Shown: positions 22,515 through 36,202, counted from the stretch's first letter. The stretch: 64,000 bases of DNA from Sarea resinae (GCA_026026165.1 JAPEUD010000025.1:1-64000), one strand, 5' to 3'. Notes: generated by a model from the sequence alone, not told the origin. Program-made: numbers and translations.

Positions 22515-23645
22515 ATGCACTACATCCGCTTCCTCAAACCAGCCAAGCTGGTCAACAACAACAACTCCATCGAAACCCTCATGACCCTGACCTCGGACCT
22601 AGGTGAATCTTTCTATGCGGGTTCAACAGACCTGACCGCCTCTCTCATTTCAGCCTCTCCTCTCCAGGAGCAAAGCCGGCCATATCTACATCAGACATAT
22701 AAATGGACGCCCGGATCCCGCACCCTAAAGCTCGCCTTCGATATCAGAAGAGTAAGAATACCATGGCCAGCCAGAGTCTACGTAACCGCTTCAGGCGTTT
22801 CAGAGGACGCGGATACTTTGTTAGGAGACGAGAATAGTAGAACAACAGCCGGGTGTCCCCCTACAATCTCAGCATGGAGTAGCCCCCTTCACCCGCCTAC
22901 CCGACTTGAGTCCATGCGACTTGTCGAGAGACGTTTCCGACTTCCTAGCAAGGACGCCGCAATCCTCAGTATCTGGGAAGAAACGGGCGAAAGCATCGCG
23001 CGGCATATATGGGACGCCGGCCTGACCCTAACGGCCTATCTTTCGCGCGTAGCAACGGGCAGTCAGATGCCAAAAGATCTCCAGCTCCCAATGCTCGATG
23101 CCATGCTAGCGTCTACGGACCGCACCAGAGCTATCAATATCATAGAGCTAGGCAGCGGCTGTGGCATGGTGGGGATCAGCCTCTCGCAGCTTGTTCCCAA
23201 CGCATCAATCGTCCTGACGGATCTGCCTGAAGCGGAAGACATCCTCCGCAGGAACATGGCCGCCGCGAAAACCGCCCCGACTTCGAGTCTCGCGCTTCAG
23301 ATGCTAGACTGGGAGGACGAGGGGCTACCGGAGATAGTCAGCAAGCGAAAGGCCCTGGATTTGATTCTCGTCGCCGACTGCACGTATAACCCGGATACGA
23401 CGCCAGCTTTAGTTCGCACGCTGGCTGCCCTGACTGAATCGTCTCATGGTAAAGCGATAATTGTCGTAGCGATGAAGGTGCGGCATGCAAGCGAAGCCGT
23501 GTTCTTCGACCTGATGGCCGAGGCTGGACTCGCGCAATACGGGCATGTCGCGCTTCCCTCGTCTCCATGTCAGAAAACCTTGGCCAATGACTTTGGAGAG
23601 CCAGAAATCATTGATGTCTATGTGTTTGGAGCCTCGAAGGACTAG
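22515..23645 (+). CDS. Class I SAM-dependent protein methyltransferase (METTL21/Methyltransf_16 type)
   Basis: MHYIRFLK start; EETGESIARHIWDAG, IIELGSGCGMVGI, LTDLPEA, LDWE, DLILVADCTYN motifs. Confidence 0.88.
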   Translation: MHYIRFLKPAKLVNNNNSIETLMTLTSDLGESFYAGSTDLTASLISASPLQEQSRPYLHQTYKWTPGSRTLKLAFDIRRVRIPWPARVYVTASGVSEDADTLLGDENSRTTAGCPPTISAWSSPLHPPTRLESMRLVERRFRLPSKDAAILSIWEETGESIARHIWDAGLTLTAYLSRVATGSQMPKDLQLPMLDAMLASTDRTRAINIIELGSGCGMVGISLSQLVPNASIVLTDLPEAEDILRRNMAAAKTAPTSSLALQMLDWEDEGLPEIVSKRKALDLILVADCTYNPDTTPALVRTLAALTESSHGKAIIVVAMKVRHASEAVFFDLMAEAGLAQYGHVALPSSPCQKTLANDFGEPEIIDVYVFGASKD

Positions 23646-24324
23646 GACATGATGAAGTAGCTCTGGATATCAGCCATCCTAATATCGACACTGGACGATA
23701 TACTATTCTACTCGACCTATAAGAAGGTGCTCATTGATCATATAGATATATAATTCATAGAAAGAGAAAAGCATGTCCGCTCATCCATAGTCCGCCTCAG
23801 CAAAAACTCCACCAGAGGCAGGTCTGAAAAAGACGGCGGTCTTCACCATCGAACCCACAACCCAGCTCGCAAGAGTGGGAGGATGTTCAATGGCTCTATC
23901 AATCTTGCGCTTTGAGAGGTTTTCCTCTCGACTTGTGATCTGCCAACCATAGAGGGAGGACTTGGCAGACGTGTTTCATGCTCTGTTCTGAGCAGCGCTT
24001 TTTTTTTGGTCTTGGACGCTTCACTGACACAGGGGGAAAAGGAACGTGTGAGAAATGGGCGAGAGTTGGACAAGTACAGTGCGAGGGCGAGGGATGATTT
24101 GTTTCAAAGATATGAAGATAATCTGATGTCCCAGCTTCAATTATTGTGTAATAAGATTCCAACTGCTGCTGGTGATCGTCACCATTGCCGCTCCGAAGAC
24201 TAGGTCTGATGTAGCCATGCAACGCCTTGAAATGCAACCCAAGAGAGGAGAGATACATTGCCGGGAGATCAAACAAAACTTATCTTACACACCTATATGC
24301 AATTGCCGCTTGTTTATCGACATA

Positions 24325-27300
24325 TCACGCAGCGGCAGCTAAGCCGTCCGGCCCGTTGGCATCAGCCGCATCGACAACGGCTCCCTCGCCCGCCATGCCT
24401 AGATCTTTGAATTCCCAGCCTTCGGCCTCGCGAACCCAATCCCGCTTCTCGCCCAAGACAGCCACGTTTGCCTTCTCAATACCCTCAACGAGGAAGTTCT
24501 GAGCAGCTTCCTTGACGTCCTCGGCCTTCACATCAAGGAGTTGTTCACGACGCCTCTGCTCCATAGCATCGTCAACACCAGATACGAAGCGGACCATTCC
24601 TTCGTCACTGACGCTCTCAGGCGCATCCATGGATTGAAAGACGCTGAGTTTCGCCTCTTCAATGTCGCGATCGCTCCACTCCTTCTCACGTGCCCAGACA
24701 CCAGACTCGCGAATGACTTTGAGCGTATTTTGAGGATTGGGGTCACGGTAGCTATAGAAGCCGAAAAGACCACCGAGACCGCGGGCATACGCTCCGCCAC
24801 CGTACGCCCCGCCTTTCTCGCGGATTTCGTGATGGAGATGCTTGTGGGTGAGGAGTTGTGAGAGGATCTGGAGTGAGGCACCAGACGCGTGGACGTAGGG
24901 GACGGTTGGGAGAGCGAGAGCAGAGTAGTAGACCTGATAGGGGAGGGGGAAGAAGGTCTTCGAATTGCAGGCGAAATTGGTTGGAGGCTCCTTGGGAGAC
25001 GGCACGTGAACGGTGGGAAGACTCGAAAGGAACTTATCAAGAGCAGCTTCATTGGTAGCAGAGCTTTCTGCGCCACAGGTCAATGCCGCTCTCATTGTAC
25101 TGCCCCCAGAGATAGCAAATTGTTGGATAGCTTTCAATTTGGCGATGATGTCGCTGAGCCCCTCAGAAGGAGATCGTGCGGCAAGGCTAGCAGTGAGTGT
25201 GACCTGAGTAAGGCCAGCCACCTCCTCATTGAGATGGCCCTCGGGGGTTAGGCCTGCTTCAGCAAAGCGGCGGGCGTAAGAGTGCCCGGACTCAGCAATA
25301 GAGTTAATGGCGCCGCTAGCGCCGCCTTGCAGTAGTTGTCTGATCTTGCTTTCGGCTTCAGGGTGGTCGAAGTCCGTCTCAAGGATGATTGTACGGAGAA
25401 GCTCATACATGGCCGGTACATTGCGATCTAATGCATACCCCGAGAAAGAGAGACCTTCATTGTAGGTGTTCAGTGCTAGTGGAGAGGTGCTAGAGTGGTA
25501 GCTAGCACCTATGCCACCAGTCTTGAGCTTGATCAAGTCCTCTATCTCTTCCATCGTCTTGTTTTTCGTCCCAAGACGCATGATCGTGCTAGAGAACAGA
25601 GGTACGAGAGATCGCAAATCAGAAGGTAAGTTGTTGAAAGTGTTGATGGCACGGAAGTAAGTCAGGCCGTTCGTAGGGGCTTCTCTCCACTGCACCTTGA
25701 CATCTCCGAGCGTCGAGTCTCGGACGGCCTTCTTCTCTCTCTGGCGGGGAATATCCTGAACGTGGACAGTAGGTAAGCAGCTGAGGTCTTGATTTCGAGC
25801 CTTCTCTTGTACTTCAAGAAGCTCCAGCTCTTGTTTAGCAAGCTGTTCACGAGCTTCAACTTGCCCACCATACTGCTTTGTTGCGTGTTCGATCTTCGAC
25901 GCCAGCCTTGCCGCTTCTTCTGAAAGTAGCTCATCGCCATAGGTTGAAGATGGCTCCATCGTGAACGTCAGGGTATTGTCATTGAGCAAATACTTTTCTA
26001 GAAGGCCTTCAAGGTACCCCGGTTGTGCGTAATTCTCCTTGAATGCTGTCACGGTCTGATCCCAAGCAAGAGCATCAAACGGATCGACACCATTGAACCA
26101 ACCAGGCTGCAGTCTCTGCATGATTCCCATCCCAAAATTTGCCGTTTTGTGTTTTAGGCTCAATTCCAATTGGTGAAGCAAGCCGTCGATCTTTCCTTTA
26201 TCAAACCCTTTTTGTCGTACGTCCGCTAAGGTAGACTGGATAGCCTTTTTGACTTCAGGGACGTCGGCTTCCCTGACGCCGTTGAGGCCAACAGAGAAAA
26301 TGCCAATCTTTCCAGACGTGTCGAATCCAGTATTGGGACTGAAGTCTGGACCCAATCCGCTTTCGATCAGAGCTCGGTATAGAGGAGAGCCATATCCATC
26401 AAGCAGGAGGGAAGAGATGACTCCGAGCGAAAATGTCTCGACGATATCCGAGGCGTCGCCCATTAGCCACGCAGTGGAGGTCTTGTATTGCATATCTGCG
26501 TCCATCAAAGGATCCATAGGCCCCTTCACGGTTATTGTCTCTGGCCCATTGTTCAAGTCAATGGGCTGTTTGATCTCTTTGTCTCCTCGAATCTTATCGA
26601 AGCTTTCTAATTGCGCTCCAAATTCTTTTAAATGATCCTCTAAAGGCATGTCTCCATAGGTGAACAGTTTGGCGTTACTTGGATGATAGTTACGCGCATG
26701 AAAGCTCTTCAGCTTTTCATGGGTTAGATCCGTGATCTTTTGCGGATCGCCACCAGAATTATGGATAGCGGGGAATATATGGTCCTGGAAACGGATATAG
26801 TACAGATAACTCGCATCAGACATCGAGCCTTTCATCTCATTGTATACTACGCCTTTGAAAGCCAACTTGCTATCCTCTTCACTCTGGGCTTGACCAGGAA
26901 TAGACGCCAGGGGGTTTTCTGGGCCTACGCGCCATCCTTCCTGAGCAAAGTCGCTTGCCTTGAGTAAGGGATGTAGAGTGGCGTCGAGGTAGACGGACAT
27001 GAGGTTATTAAAGTCTTGTCGGTTTGTAGTCGCAAAAGGATAACTCGTGTGATCAGAGGAGGTAAAGGCGTTCATGAAGTTAGAAAGCGATCGCGGTAGC
27101 ATCTTGAAGAAAGGGTCTCTAATGGGGTATCTGGCCGATTGTTAATACTCGTCGATGGATATGGAGTGTACTCTTGTCGGCACCTACTTTTCGCTTCCAC
27201 ACAGCGTAGTATGCTCCAGAATATGTGGAACACCCGTGTCGTCTGGAGGATTCGTCTTGAAGCCGATGGAAAAGACATTGTTCTTATCATCCCTGGCAAT

Positions 27301-27555
27301 ATGCAGATAGTCCGCTCCGGTCTTGTCATGTTGCAGATGTAGGGCCGTCAGTTCCAGCTCTGGAAAGTGCTCCGCCCGCTTCAAAGTGAAGCCATGAAGC
27401 TTTTCTCCGGGATGCGGATATTTCTTGAGGTCGGTGACGGTGGCATATCTCCGGCGGATGGGACGCTTCTTCAGCGAGACCCAACGTGGCAATGAGGATA
27501 CGGGCCTTGCCGGGGCTCTCGAAAGGCCGGAAGACGCGGCGGAAGAGCGAAGCAT
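24325..27555 (-). CDS. CYM1: Mitochondrial presequence protease (pitrilysin M16C); intron 27187-27131
   Basis: Presequence, inverted zinc motif [47 protein letters not shown]. Confidence 0.96.
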
Positions 27556-28699
27556 GGCGGAGTAGCGAAGACGATGATGACGATGCCTCTCTCAATATCC
27601 TTCTGCCTGGCTTATTCCGAGTCCGTGAGTCTGGCCCTTCTTGACATTGATGGTGTTGATGGCATGGGTGCGTCTATGATATGGGATACCAATGTAGGTA
27701 GGTATCTTTTTATTTTCTGGAGCGATGGAATTCGGGAACCGATGATGCGAGGAGATGCCACTAAATCGGAGGTAGCCACATCGGTACTCGTACATGCAGT
27801 AGACGGCAGCTCGAGCTGGAGCATGGAGGCAACCTGAAGAGAGCCAGAGTGAAGATGACCGATCAGAAGGAATTGCCTTAGTAATGATGAAAGAACGAAG
27901 GAGTCTGAATCCACTGCACGAAGCACCATAGTGCAACGGCATCGTTTTATCAATTTATTGATATCAGCGCAGAGTAAAGTCATTGTACCGTAGTTTTGAC
28001 TCTCTCCAAGTCTCCGTCTCATTTCCTTTTCTTAGTAACCGCTCTCCGAGGCAGGCAATTGTATGATACCTAAGGTACATGGAGCAATAATACCGTAAGC
28101 GCAATTATCCTCAGCATCCAGCCTTCCATGGCATTGCCGCTCGGTGTTATAATCGTCGTGTATTCTTACTTTCATTGACTTCATCGATTTCATTCTCATT
28201 CCGTATTATTCACCTTCGTCTTCTGCTCCGCCTCTGTCGCGTGCGTCAAGACCTTCCTGTGTCGGATAAGGATCGATGCTCTAGCCGAGAAAAGTAGAGA
28301 CCTGAAGAGAGACAAGAGACAAGAGACAAGAGACCAGAGACGCCTCCATACGGCAACGACTGAAATCAACTCCGATCGTCGAGGTTCTCGCCTTCCACAA
28401 GATCATTCCCCTCCTTCGAACGTCACTGCACTGCCCACACCTCTGGTCGTCTTCGGTCCAAGACGGCAGCCCATCATCCATCACGGATCCCCGTCCAATT
28501 TCGCTTCTTGGGGGGTGCATCGTCGAATTTCTCGTCGACCTTCTCCATCTGGCGAAAAACTGAATATCGACTCTCCCGAGCGTGGCTTGGATGACCAGCA
28601 GTGGCGGAAGGCATCTTCGTCATCCGGGGCTCAAGCACCACTTCAGCGAAAATAGAGGAGGAGGTTTAGGCGTCTACATCTACAGAGAGATCACCCGCC

Positions 28700-30657
28700 A
28701 TGGCCGCAGTTGCACCTCATCATCAGGCTGTACCTCCAACATCTCGAGCTTCGTCGGCCACGAATGGCAATCCCACGAGCATGCCTTCCAACGGGACCGG
28801 CGACATGCAATCTGCTGATATGAACGGTGGTGTTGCTGCACAAAATGCCGCGTCCGCTGCTCCGGCGCCGAAGAAGGGTAAAGGGAAGAAACCTGCAAAC
28901 GCCAACGAGACATCGAAGTTATTGGCGGCCAAGATATCGCAGCTGGAGTTGGATGCAGCTGGAGAAAAGGACCAAGAGGCTGAGATTGGTGAGTTACGTT
29001 TCACTTTTACGCTGCTGCGATGAAAGAGCATATTCTTTCCCTTGATGCCGCTGCTGCGCTAGGACTGCGTATGGATTGATCTCCGAGGAAGACGTATTCC
29101 ACTCTACTCCTCTTTCTTTCGACACATTCATTCCAGCTCGGGCGCGCTCTTCCAGATGGCATTTACTGATTATGATAAAAATAAAAGAGCGTGAAGTCAA
29201 AAAAGCGAATCGAGATCTGTCCAACCTCTTATCCACGATCGAGTCACCTTTGTCCCGTCTCGAAACCGTACAGAAGAAATACACCGAGCTCCTGGCTGAT
29301 ATGAGGAGGTTGGATCGTGACCACGTCAAAAGCAAAAAGCGGGCAGACCAACTTCAGAAGGAAAAGGACCAAGGACGCTCGGAGCTGAGTAAGACCGTGT
29401 CTATGAAGGAGAAGCTGGAAAAGCTATGTCGAGAGCTCACGAAAGAAAACAAGAAAATGAAGGTGAGTTGGAACAAAAGGAAAGCGGGGCTCAGTATTGT
29501 AGCTGACGCGGAGATCTGGCTGTCTAGGAAGAGCATAAGAGGTTGGAAGAGACCGAAAAGAAGAATCGCGAGGAGATGAACGACAGGATAGATGGCATCA
29601 TGTGGGAAGTCCGGGACGTGCTTGGCCAGAAAGAGAATCCCGAGACTCAGAAGCTTAATATGGAGACGGACGAACTGTGAGTTTACAATCTCGGCCTTGC
29701 CAGATAATGTGACTATACTTTGTCTCTTCATGTGCTAACTTTCGTAGATTTCGGCAAAAATTCAAATCTTTTATAGATCAGTATGAGCTCCGGGAGCTAC
29801 ATTTCCATTCCCTCCTCCGGACCAAAGAGCTCGAAGTACAGTACAATATGGCAAGATACGAGCAGCAGAAAAAGGTCGCCGAGCAAGAAACAGCCCGTTC
29901 TCGTGCGCTAAGCGGTCAAGTCTCCACTTTCTCTCAAACGGAAACCGAGCTTCGCAGCCAATTAAACATCTATGTTGAGAAATTCAAACAGGTATGAAAG
30001 CAATCTGTTGTCTCTCAGAACCTTCTCTGTCTGTCTAACACGTTATCACACCAGGTCGAAGACACGCTTAATAACTCCAATGACCTATTTCTCACCTTCC
30101 GCAAAGAAATGGAAGAAATGTCAAAAAAGACCAAGCGACTCGAAAAGGAGAATCTGAACCTTACGCGCAAACACGACCTCACGAACCGCAACATCCTCGA
30201 GATGGCCGAAGAGCGCACCCGCTTAACCAAAGACCTCGATGTCCTCCGCAAGAAGAACGCTAACCTCGAGAAACTCTGCCGCGGCATGCAAGCCCAGGGC
30301 CGAGGTCAGGTCAACGCCGTCAACACCGCTAACGCCAATGTCAACGCCAACGCCAACGCTGTTGGCGGAGCCGGCGCTACAGCCGCAGTGGCGGATCTTG
30401 AACACGAGGATGACGAGGGCACCGAGAGCGAGTATGAGTATGACGACGAGGACGATGAAGACGATGAGGACGGGAGTGAAGACGACGACGAGGGCGACTA
30501 CGACGAGGATACTGAAGAGGAAGCCCTTCATGCGGCTCTTCAGCAAGGCCCGCCTACTTTTGGTCCGGTGCCTCCCCCGCCGCCACCGCCGCCTGCAGTC
30601 CAGGGATTGGCCAAGGGGAGGGTCGGTGAGAAGATAAATGGCGTGATTAGCTTCTAA
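28700..30657 (+). CDS. Taxilin-family coiled-coil protein, 4 introns, acidic and poly-Pro tail
   Basis: KLEKLCRELTKENKK, FIDQYELRELHF, ELRSQLNIYVEKFKQVEDTLNNSNDLFLTFRKEMEEMSKKTKRLEKEN, LEKLCRGMQ. Confidence 0.9.
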
Positions 30658-30948
30658 GCGTTTGTCTGTCTGTTGCCAGACCCTGCTGGACTGTGCGCGT
30701 ATGATGTAAATTCAGCCAGCCTGGCTAGCCAGTCTCATACGAGTCGGTTTTTCGGATAGAAATCCTATATCATTATTATTGAGCATACACTCGATAGTTC
30801 AAGCTTCCGTTCGCTCGTCACCATAAACCATACAAAAGCGGTATCCAGCCCATAACCCATCCCGCAAGCAAAGACCACTACACCATTTTCCATTCCCATT
30901 CCCATACCCGATTTCCTGCCCCCAGAAGGCAGTCCCAATCCGCCACAT

Positions 30949-31768
30949 TTACTTCTTCGTCTTCTTCGCAGGTTTCTTGTCCCCCTTGCTCTCCTTGTTC
31001 ATCTTGTCCTTGACAGCGTTACCCTTGGCCGGCTCGGCCTTTGGCTTCGGCTCGGTCTTCGCCTTCTTAGCCTCTGGTTTCTTTTCCTCGGTCTTCTCCG
31101 TGTCCTTCCTCTTCGCGGCCTCGGCCTGCCTTGCGCTGGTTCGGCTTCCCTGTGCAGGCTCTTTCTTCTCCTTGGCGGGCGCCTTGGGCTTGGAAGTTTT
31201 CTTGCTGGTGTTCGCCTTGTTCTCGTCTCCATCCGCAGCACCCTCAGCATGCCCGTCCCCGGCTTTCTCCTTTTCATCATCTACCGCGCCATTGCCGTTC
31301 TCTTTCGGCTGTGGGGCGCCCTTTTCGGGCTTGTTCTTCGAGTCCGCAGTGCCTTCGTAGTCGCCACCTCGTGCTTCGTACTCCTTGGCGACTTTGGAGG
31401 CCTGTGGCAGGGACTGTCAATCATGCTGTGCTACGCTATGCCATGCGGCGCGGTGGTGGTGGGGATGGAGATGCTTGGGGAAGGAATTCAGGCAGGGGAT
31501 GGGAAGCGCGTGTGACGCGTGTGGGGGAAGGACAGGTAGGTAGGTAGGGCGGTAGGTAGGCGACAAGAGGGGGAAGACACACCTTCCAAGCGGCCATCTG
31601 ACCTTTTCCGCCGCCGTCCTTGTTGGGCTGTTGCTTGACGTCTATGATTCATATGAGCACGTTCGCCTTTCCGTCGCCTGCGCGGCGCAAGACATGGTCG
31701 GTTCACTCACCCTCGGTGACCTTCTTCTTCAGCTCCGGGTCGGTCTCCTTGCCCTTGGAGGAAGGCAT
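30949..31768 (-). CDS. Lys/Glu-rich 189-aa protein with DUF5872-like N-terminal motif; exons 31768-31711, 31641-31583, 31401-30949
   Basis: Spliced MPSSKGKETDPELKKKVTEDVKQQPNKDGGGKGQMAAWKASKVAKEYEARGGDYEG followed by a K-rich tail; exon phases agree; strong AAG/GAG codon bias. Confidence 0.8.
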
Positions 31769-33117
31769 TCTGACTTGGTTTGTTTGGCGCTGGACCGTCT
31801 ACGGACGTGTTTGTGGGTGGTGCGGATCGTGTACGACCGTGTTTGAAGCACACGGCGAGCGCAGCAGAGCAGGATAATCGGGTGAGAGATTCGACACAGT
31901 GGGAGAGAGTGGTTAGGAAGAAAGAAGGCGAAGGGGACAGGGAGGCGCTGGTGTCGCTGGTTGGTATGATGGTATGATGGCAGTCGAGTCGAGTGCGGTC
32001 GGTCGCGTAGGGAGACGACGCGACGCTTGTCGCAGGAGCTGAGAATGGTGACATCAACATGGAGTCCCTGCCGGAAAGAGCTCCTCATCCTCGCACTCTC
32101 AATACTACGACGACTGTATCTACCTCTCACTTGATCTACCACTCTGACGTCGTTCTCTCGAGCTGTCCATGCTGTATCCGTGAACCCCGTGGAGCTCGGT
32201 CCTTGTCATGTCATGTCCATGAGATGACTCCGCATCAATGGCAGCGAGCATGAAGCCATGGCCCGTGACACTCCATCGACTCGAGTTGGTACGCGACTCG
32301 ACCACCTGCCTTGATATACAAGACCTCATCGGCCGGTCATGCACCCGCCTGAACGAGATGGGATGGGTCCCCGCCATGTCGAGGTTGGGGGAAGTACGTA
32401 GTATGTAGTAGTCGTACTGCCCGCGTCTCATCATGGATGGAAGTTCCATTGCCAAGAGGGACCGCCCGTGGGAGACATACTACGTACTGCGCAGTACGCG
32501 AGTACTTCATCCGTCAAGCGACGTCGTCCGTGGGGCCCTCGATCCTCTCCTGAGGGCGACGACGCGGCTGGGACGGCGTGGCCTGGTCAGCCACCCCGAA
32601 CGGGCAACTTTCGCTTCCTTCGCTTACTGAGCATGAGCAGATCCCTCGATCGACGGCCGAGTACTCGTACGGTACGTACTGGCAGGAGAGATGAAAAATC
32701 CGTGGGCATCCATGACAATCCGAGACACTTCATGAAGATCCATCACCGCCAACGAGCCCGCACACTGTACAGTACATCATGATCGCCATCATTTTCGCCC
32801 ATCTACCGCGGTAGCGGCTGCATGTCTCACTGTTCCGTCCTGTCCTCAACGCTCCTTTGCCGTGCATCATGTATGAGCCGTTCCACCCCATCTGTCTGAT
32901 CGGAAGAGATGTACAGCGTCCTGCCTGATCGTGCTCCGGCTCCGTGTGTATATATCGTGGTGGCAGCCGATCCGTCCCAAATTGTAGTCTTCGTCCTCGA
33001 TACGTATCCTCCTCCTCCTCGTCGGCGCCGCCGCCTCTGCTTGCTCTTGCGTCTCGATGACAATTCACCCCCGCGCTACTCTTTGGTGTCAGATATCATT
33101 GAGAGGTCGCATCGAGC

Positions 33118-35253
33118 ATGGCCGATGACCAGCCCAGACCGGGGGCAGGCCACGACGACAAGGAGCAGGAGCATGGGGAGCATGGGGGAGACAATTCGGC
33201 GGCGGAGAGCAGCTCGACAGCGGCCGAGAACAATGCTGCTCCAGAAAGCAATGAGAATGCAGGAGCCCGGACGAGTGCTGATGACAATGCGGCGGCGAAT
33301 ACCGCGTCGACGAGCAACGCGGGAGCAGGAGAGAGAGGTAGACCACCCTTGGCGCCCTCGGGGATCCGAAGGAGCAGTACGATGAGGGTCTCCCGGACTC
33401 GAGATTGGGAGGGCCAAAGAGAGCCACCGACAAGACGCCCTCGGGCGAGCACATCGGCCGTTCGACCTCGAAACCTCGAACCGCTACAGCCATCCTTGTC
33501 TCCGCCTGGCATTGGCATTCGTCGAAGAGTCACGATGAGAAGCGACACGCCCCGTAGAAACTCGGTCGGAGCGGTCTCGTCAGGACGGGCTCCATCCATT
33601 CCCGGAGATTTTACGTTGGCAGGACCTCAAGACCAGGTTGCTGTCGTCACCCAACATCAACCATATGTTGATCCCGGCTACACCGACCTCAATCCTGCGT
33701 ACGAGCAACCTCTCAATGTGCGGCCAGTATGGGGTCTCGCCAAGCCGTTGCCTCGTGTGGTACGTCCCGGCATGGTCCCGAGTGCCAGCGAGCTTGATCT
33801 AAGCAAGCCTGCGGGCGGGGCCAATGATAAGGTGGCCGCCGGCGACAAGACGGATATCGACCTGGAGAAAGGCAAAGTTCAGCCGACACTGAAGCTGGGC
33901 AAGATTTCGTCCAAGCTTGACACGGCGAGAGAACGGCGAGAGAATCGGGTGCTACAGAGATATGGCTCCAGAACATCGGCGTTTCCCCCCTTCAATAGGG
34001 ACGCAAGGCCTGTCGACACATCCTTGGCGCCACACGAAGAGGTTATGGAAGAAGAGGAGTGGGACGAGGAGGATCAGGGTAGTGAGCGTCCGGAAGACCA
34101 CGAAGCCGAAACTTCGACTTCGCCATACCGCCTCCCGGACGATGCTGCTTCTATCTCTACTGCGCGTGAAGAGGACGATGAAGAATGGATGGCGGACACG
34201 ACACCTCTGAAACCCTACGGCCCAGAAGATGAGGTCCATAACCTTCATACCCATTGGTCGGTGGTACGGGCTAAATTTCGAGAACCGTTTGCGGAGTTTT
34301 TGGCTGTCCGTCCTCCCCTCGCCCAATTGTTATGCTTACAACTGACCAAGGCATAGGTGATTGTCCAATTATCACTGGGCTTCGGCGCTGATCTTGTCGC
34401 CACGGTGTCTCGCGGTAAATCCGGCAACGAAGTGACCACGGTCTGGGCCTGGGGCACCGCATCGATGCTCGGCATCTACATAGCCGGTGGCATCTCCGGT
34501 GCTCACCTCAATCCCGCCATCTCCCTCACCCTCTATTTCTATCGCGGCTTTCCCCTCCGCAAAGTCCCCGGCTACATCTTCGCGCAGATCTTGGGCGCCT
34601 TCGTAGCGGCGCTGATCGCCTATGGCGTCTTCCGAGCCGCCATCCTGGAATACGACGCAGGCGCGACTTTGGAGCACGGTGGCACCGTGGACAATTTCAT
34701 CACGGGCCTCCGATACGACTGGATCGACGCGTGTACGGGATTCTTCACGGAATTCACGGGCACGGCTTTCCTGGCCATTGCCGTCCTGGCGCTCGGTGAC
34801 GATAGCAATGCGCCCCCCGGAGCGGGCATGAGCGCCTTCGTGCTCGGCCTCGTCATCGCCCTCCTGTGCCTCGTGTTCGGATACAACACGGGCGCGGCGC
34901 TGAACCCGTCGCGGGATTTCGGCGCCCGGCTCGCCGTCTGGGCCCTGGGATACGGCCGCCACGTCTTCACGAATGGATATTGGGTGTACGGGCCGTGGGC
35001 CGGGACGATCACGGGCGCGCTCGTGGGTGCGGGCCTGTACGATATCTTCATCTTCGTCGGGGGCGAGAGTCCGGTCAATTACCCGCGCAAGCGCATGAAG
35101 CGGGCCGGGCGCAAGTGGAGGCATCGATGGGCCGGCCGCATGAAGAGGGCCAAGGCGAAATTACGCCGCCGGGACGACGGCGATGGTGGGTTGGATCACG
35201 ATGCGGATGGGGACTTTAAGGTCAGGGGCATGCGCAGGCAGGGCAAGACGTGA
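33118..35253 (+). CDS. Aquaglyceroporin (MIP family, Yfl054-like with ~380-aa N-terminal extension); intron ~34306-34356
   Basis: REPFAEFLA, GGISGAHLNPA, GYNTGAALNPSRDFGARL, N-terminal PVWGLAKPLPRV motif. Confidence 0.93.
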
Positions 35254-35685
35254 GATTCTGGCGTCGCGCGAGAAAGAGATGCATATAGAGATTCTGGAGC
35301 GGCCTCCCCTCCCGCCTCCCTTCCCCGCCTCCCCCCGGGGACAACACTGGCCCGTGAGGCAGGCCGGGCGCATGCGTGGTGCATTGCGTCGTGGTCATCA
35401 AAGAGAGACCGATTTGACATATTAGACACTGAGTACATAGGCAGAAAAGGTAGACAGCGCCACCGCCATAGACATTTGGATAGACGTGGGACCGGATAGA
35501 TATAGATGGGTATAGATAGATAGACATACATAACAGACAGATGACCAGTCAATGGGTGGGGAGGAAGGAGCATTAGAGGTGATTCTATATCAATAAGATC
35601 ATGTGGTTGGTTGGAAGAATCTCTGGATTTGAATTATCAGTATACCAGGTTTGCCGGTTTTACTGATTCAAGTCGAATCGCTACA

Positions 35686-35686
35686 C

Positions 35687-35742
<56 letters not shown>

Positions 35743-35847
35743 ATGAGAACCATCTTCCCCCTTCTTTCTTTCTTTCTTTCTTTCTTTCTATAGTGCTACT
35801 CTATTGACACACAATGTAATATACACGACCCGACATGACAACGGCAC

Positions 35848-35882
<35 letters not shown>

Positions 35883-35883
35883 T

Positions 35884-35914
<31 letters not shown>

Positions 35915-36180
35915 GGACCTAGCCAGCTCAGAAAGGGGGGTTTCTGATCTGCTTTTCTCGTATGCAGATGCGCGCTCTGCTCTCTGCTCTCTCTCGCCTT
36001 CAGGGAACCGAGGGTTTGGTGCTTGTGGAGATGGGTCTCAATGATGTTTCGGACGCCGTCTTTACGGGCCTGGATGCACATGGCGGTACTGATGCTTTGG
36101 CCGATGCTTCCACCTCCGCCTCCGCCCTGGTCCACTCACACTCACACTCACACCTGTACACCACCACCCCCCCCCCCCCT
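35686..36180. repeat. Microsatellite island: (AG)n, (CTTT)n, (GCAC)n, (AC)n, C-run
   Basis: Directly visible tandem repeats between convergent gene ends. Confidence 0.9.
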
Positions 36181-36202
36181 ATCCTTCACACTTTATCCCC
36201 CC

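Noticed and set aside
34372..35124. 250-aa and 152-aa minus-strand ORFs
   Set aside because: Antisense shadows of the GC3-rich aquaglyceroporin CDS.
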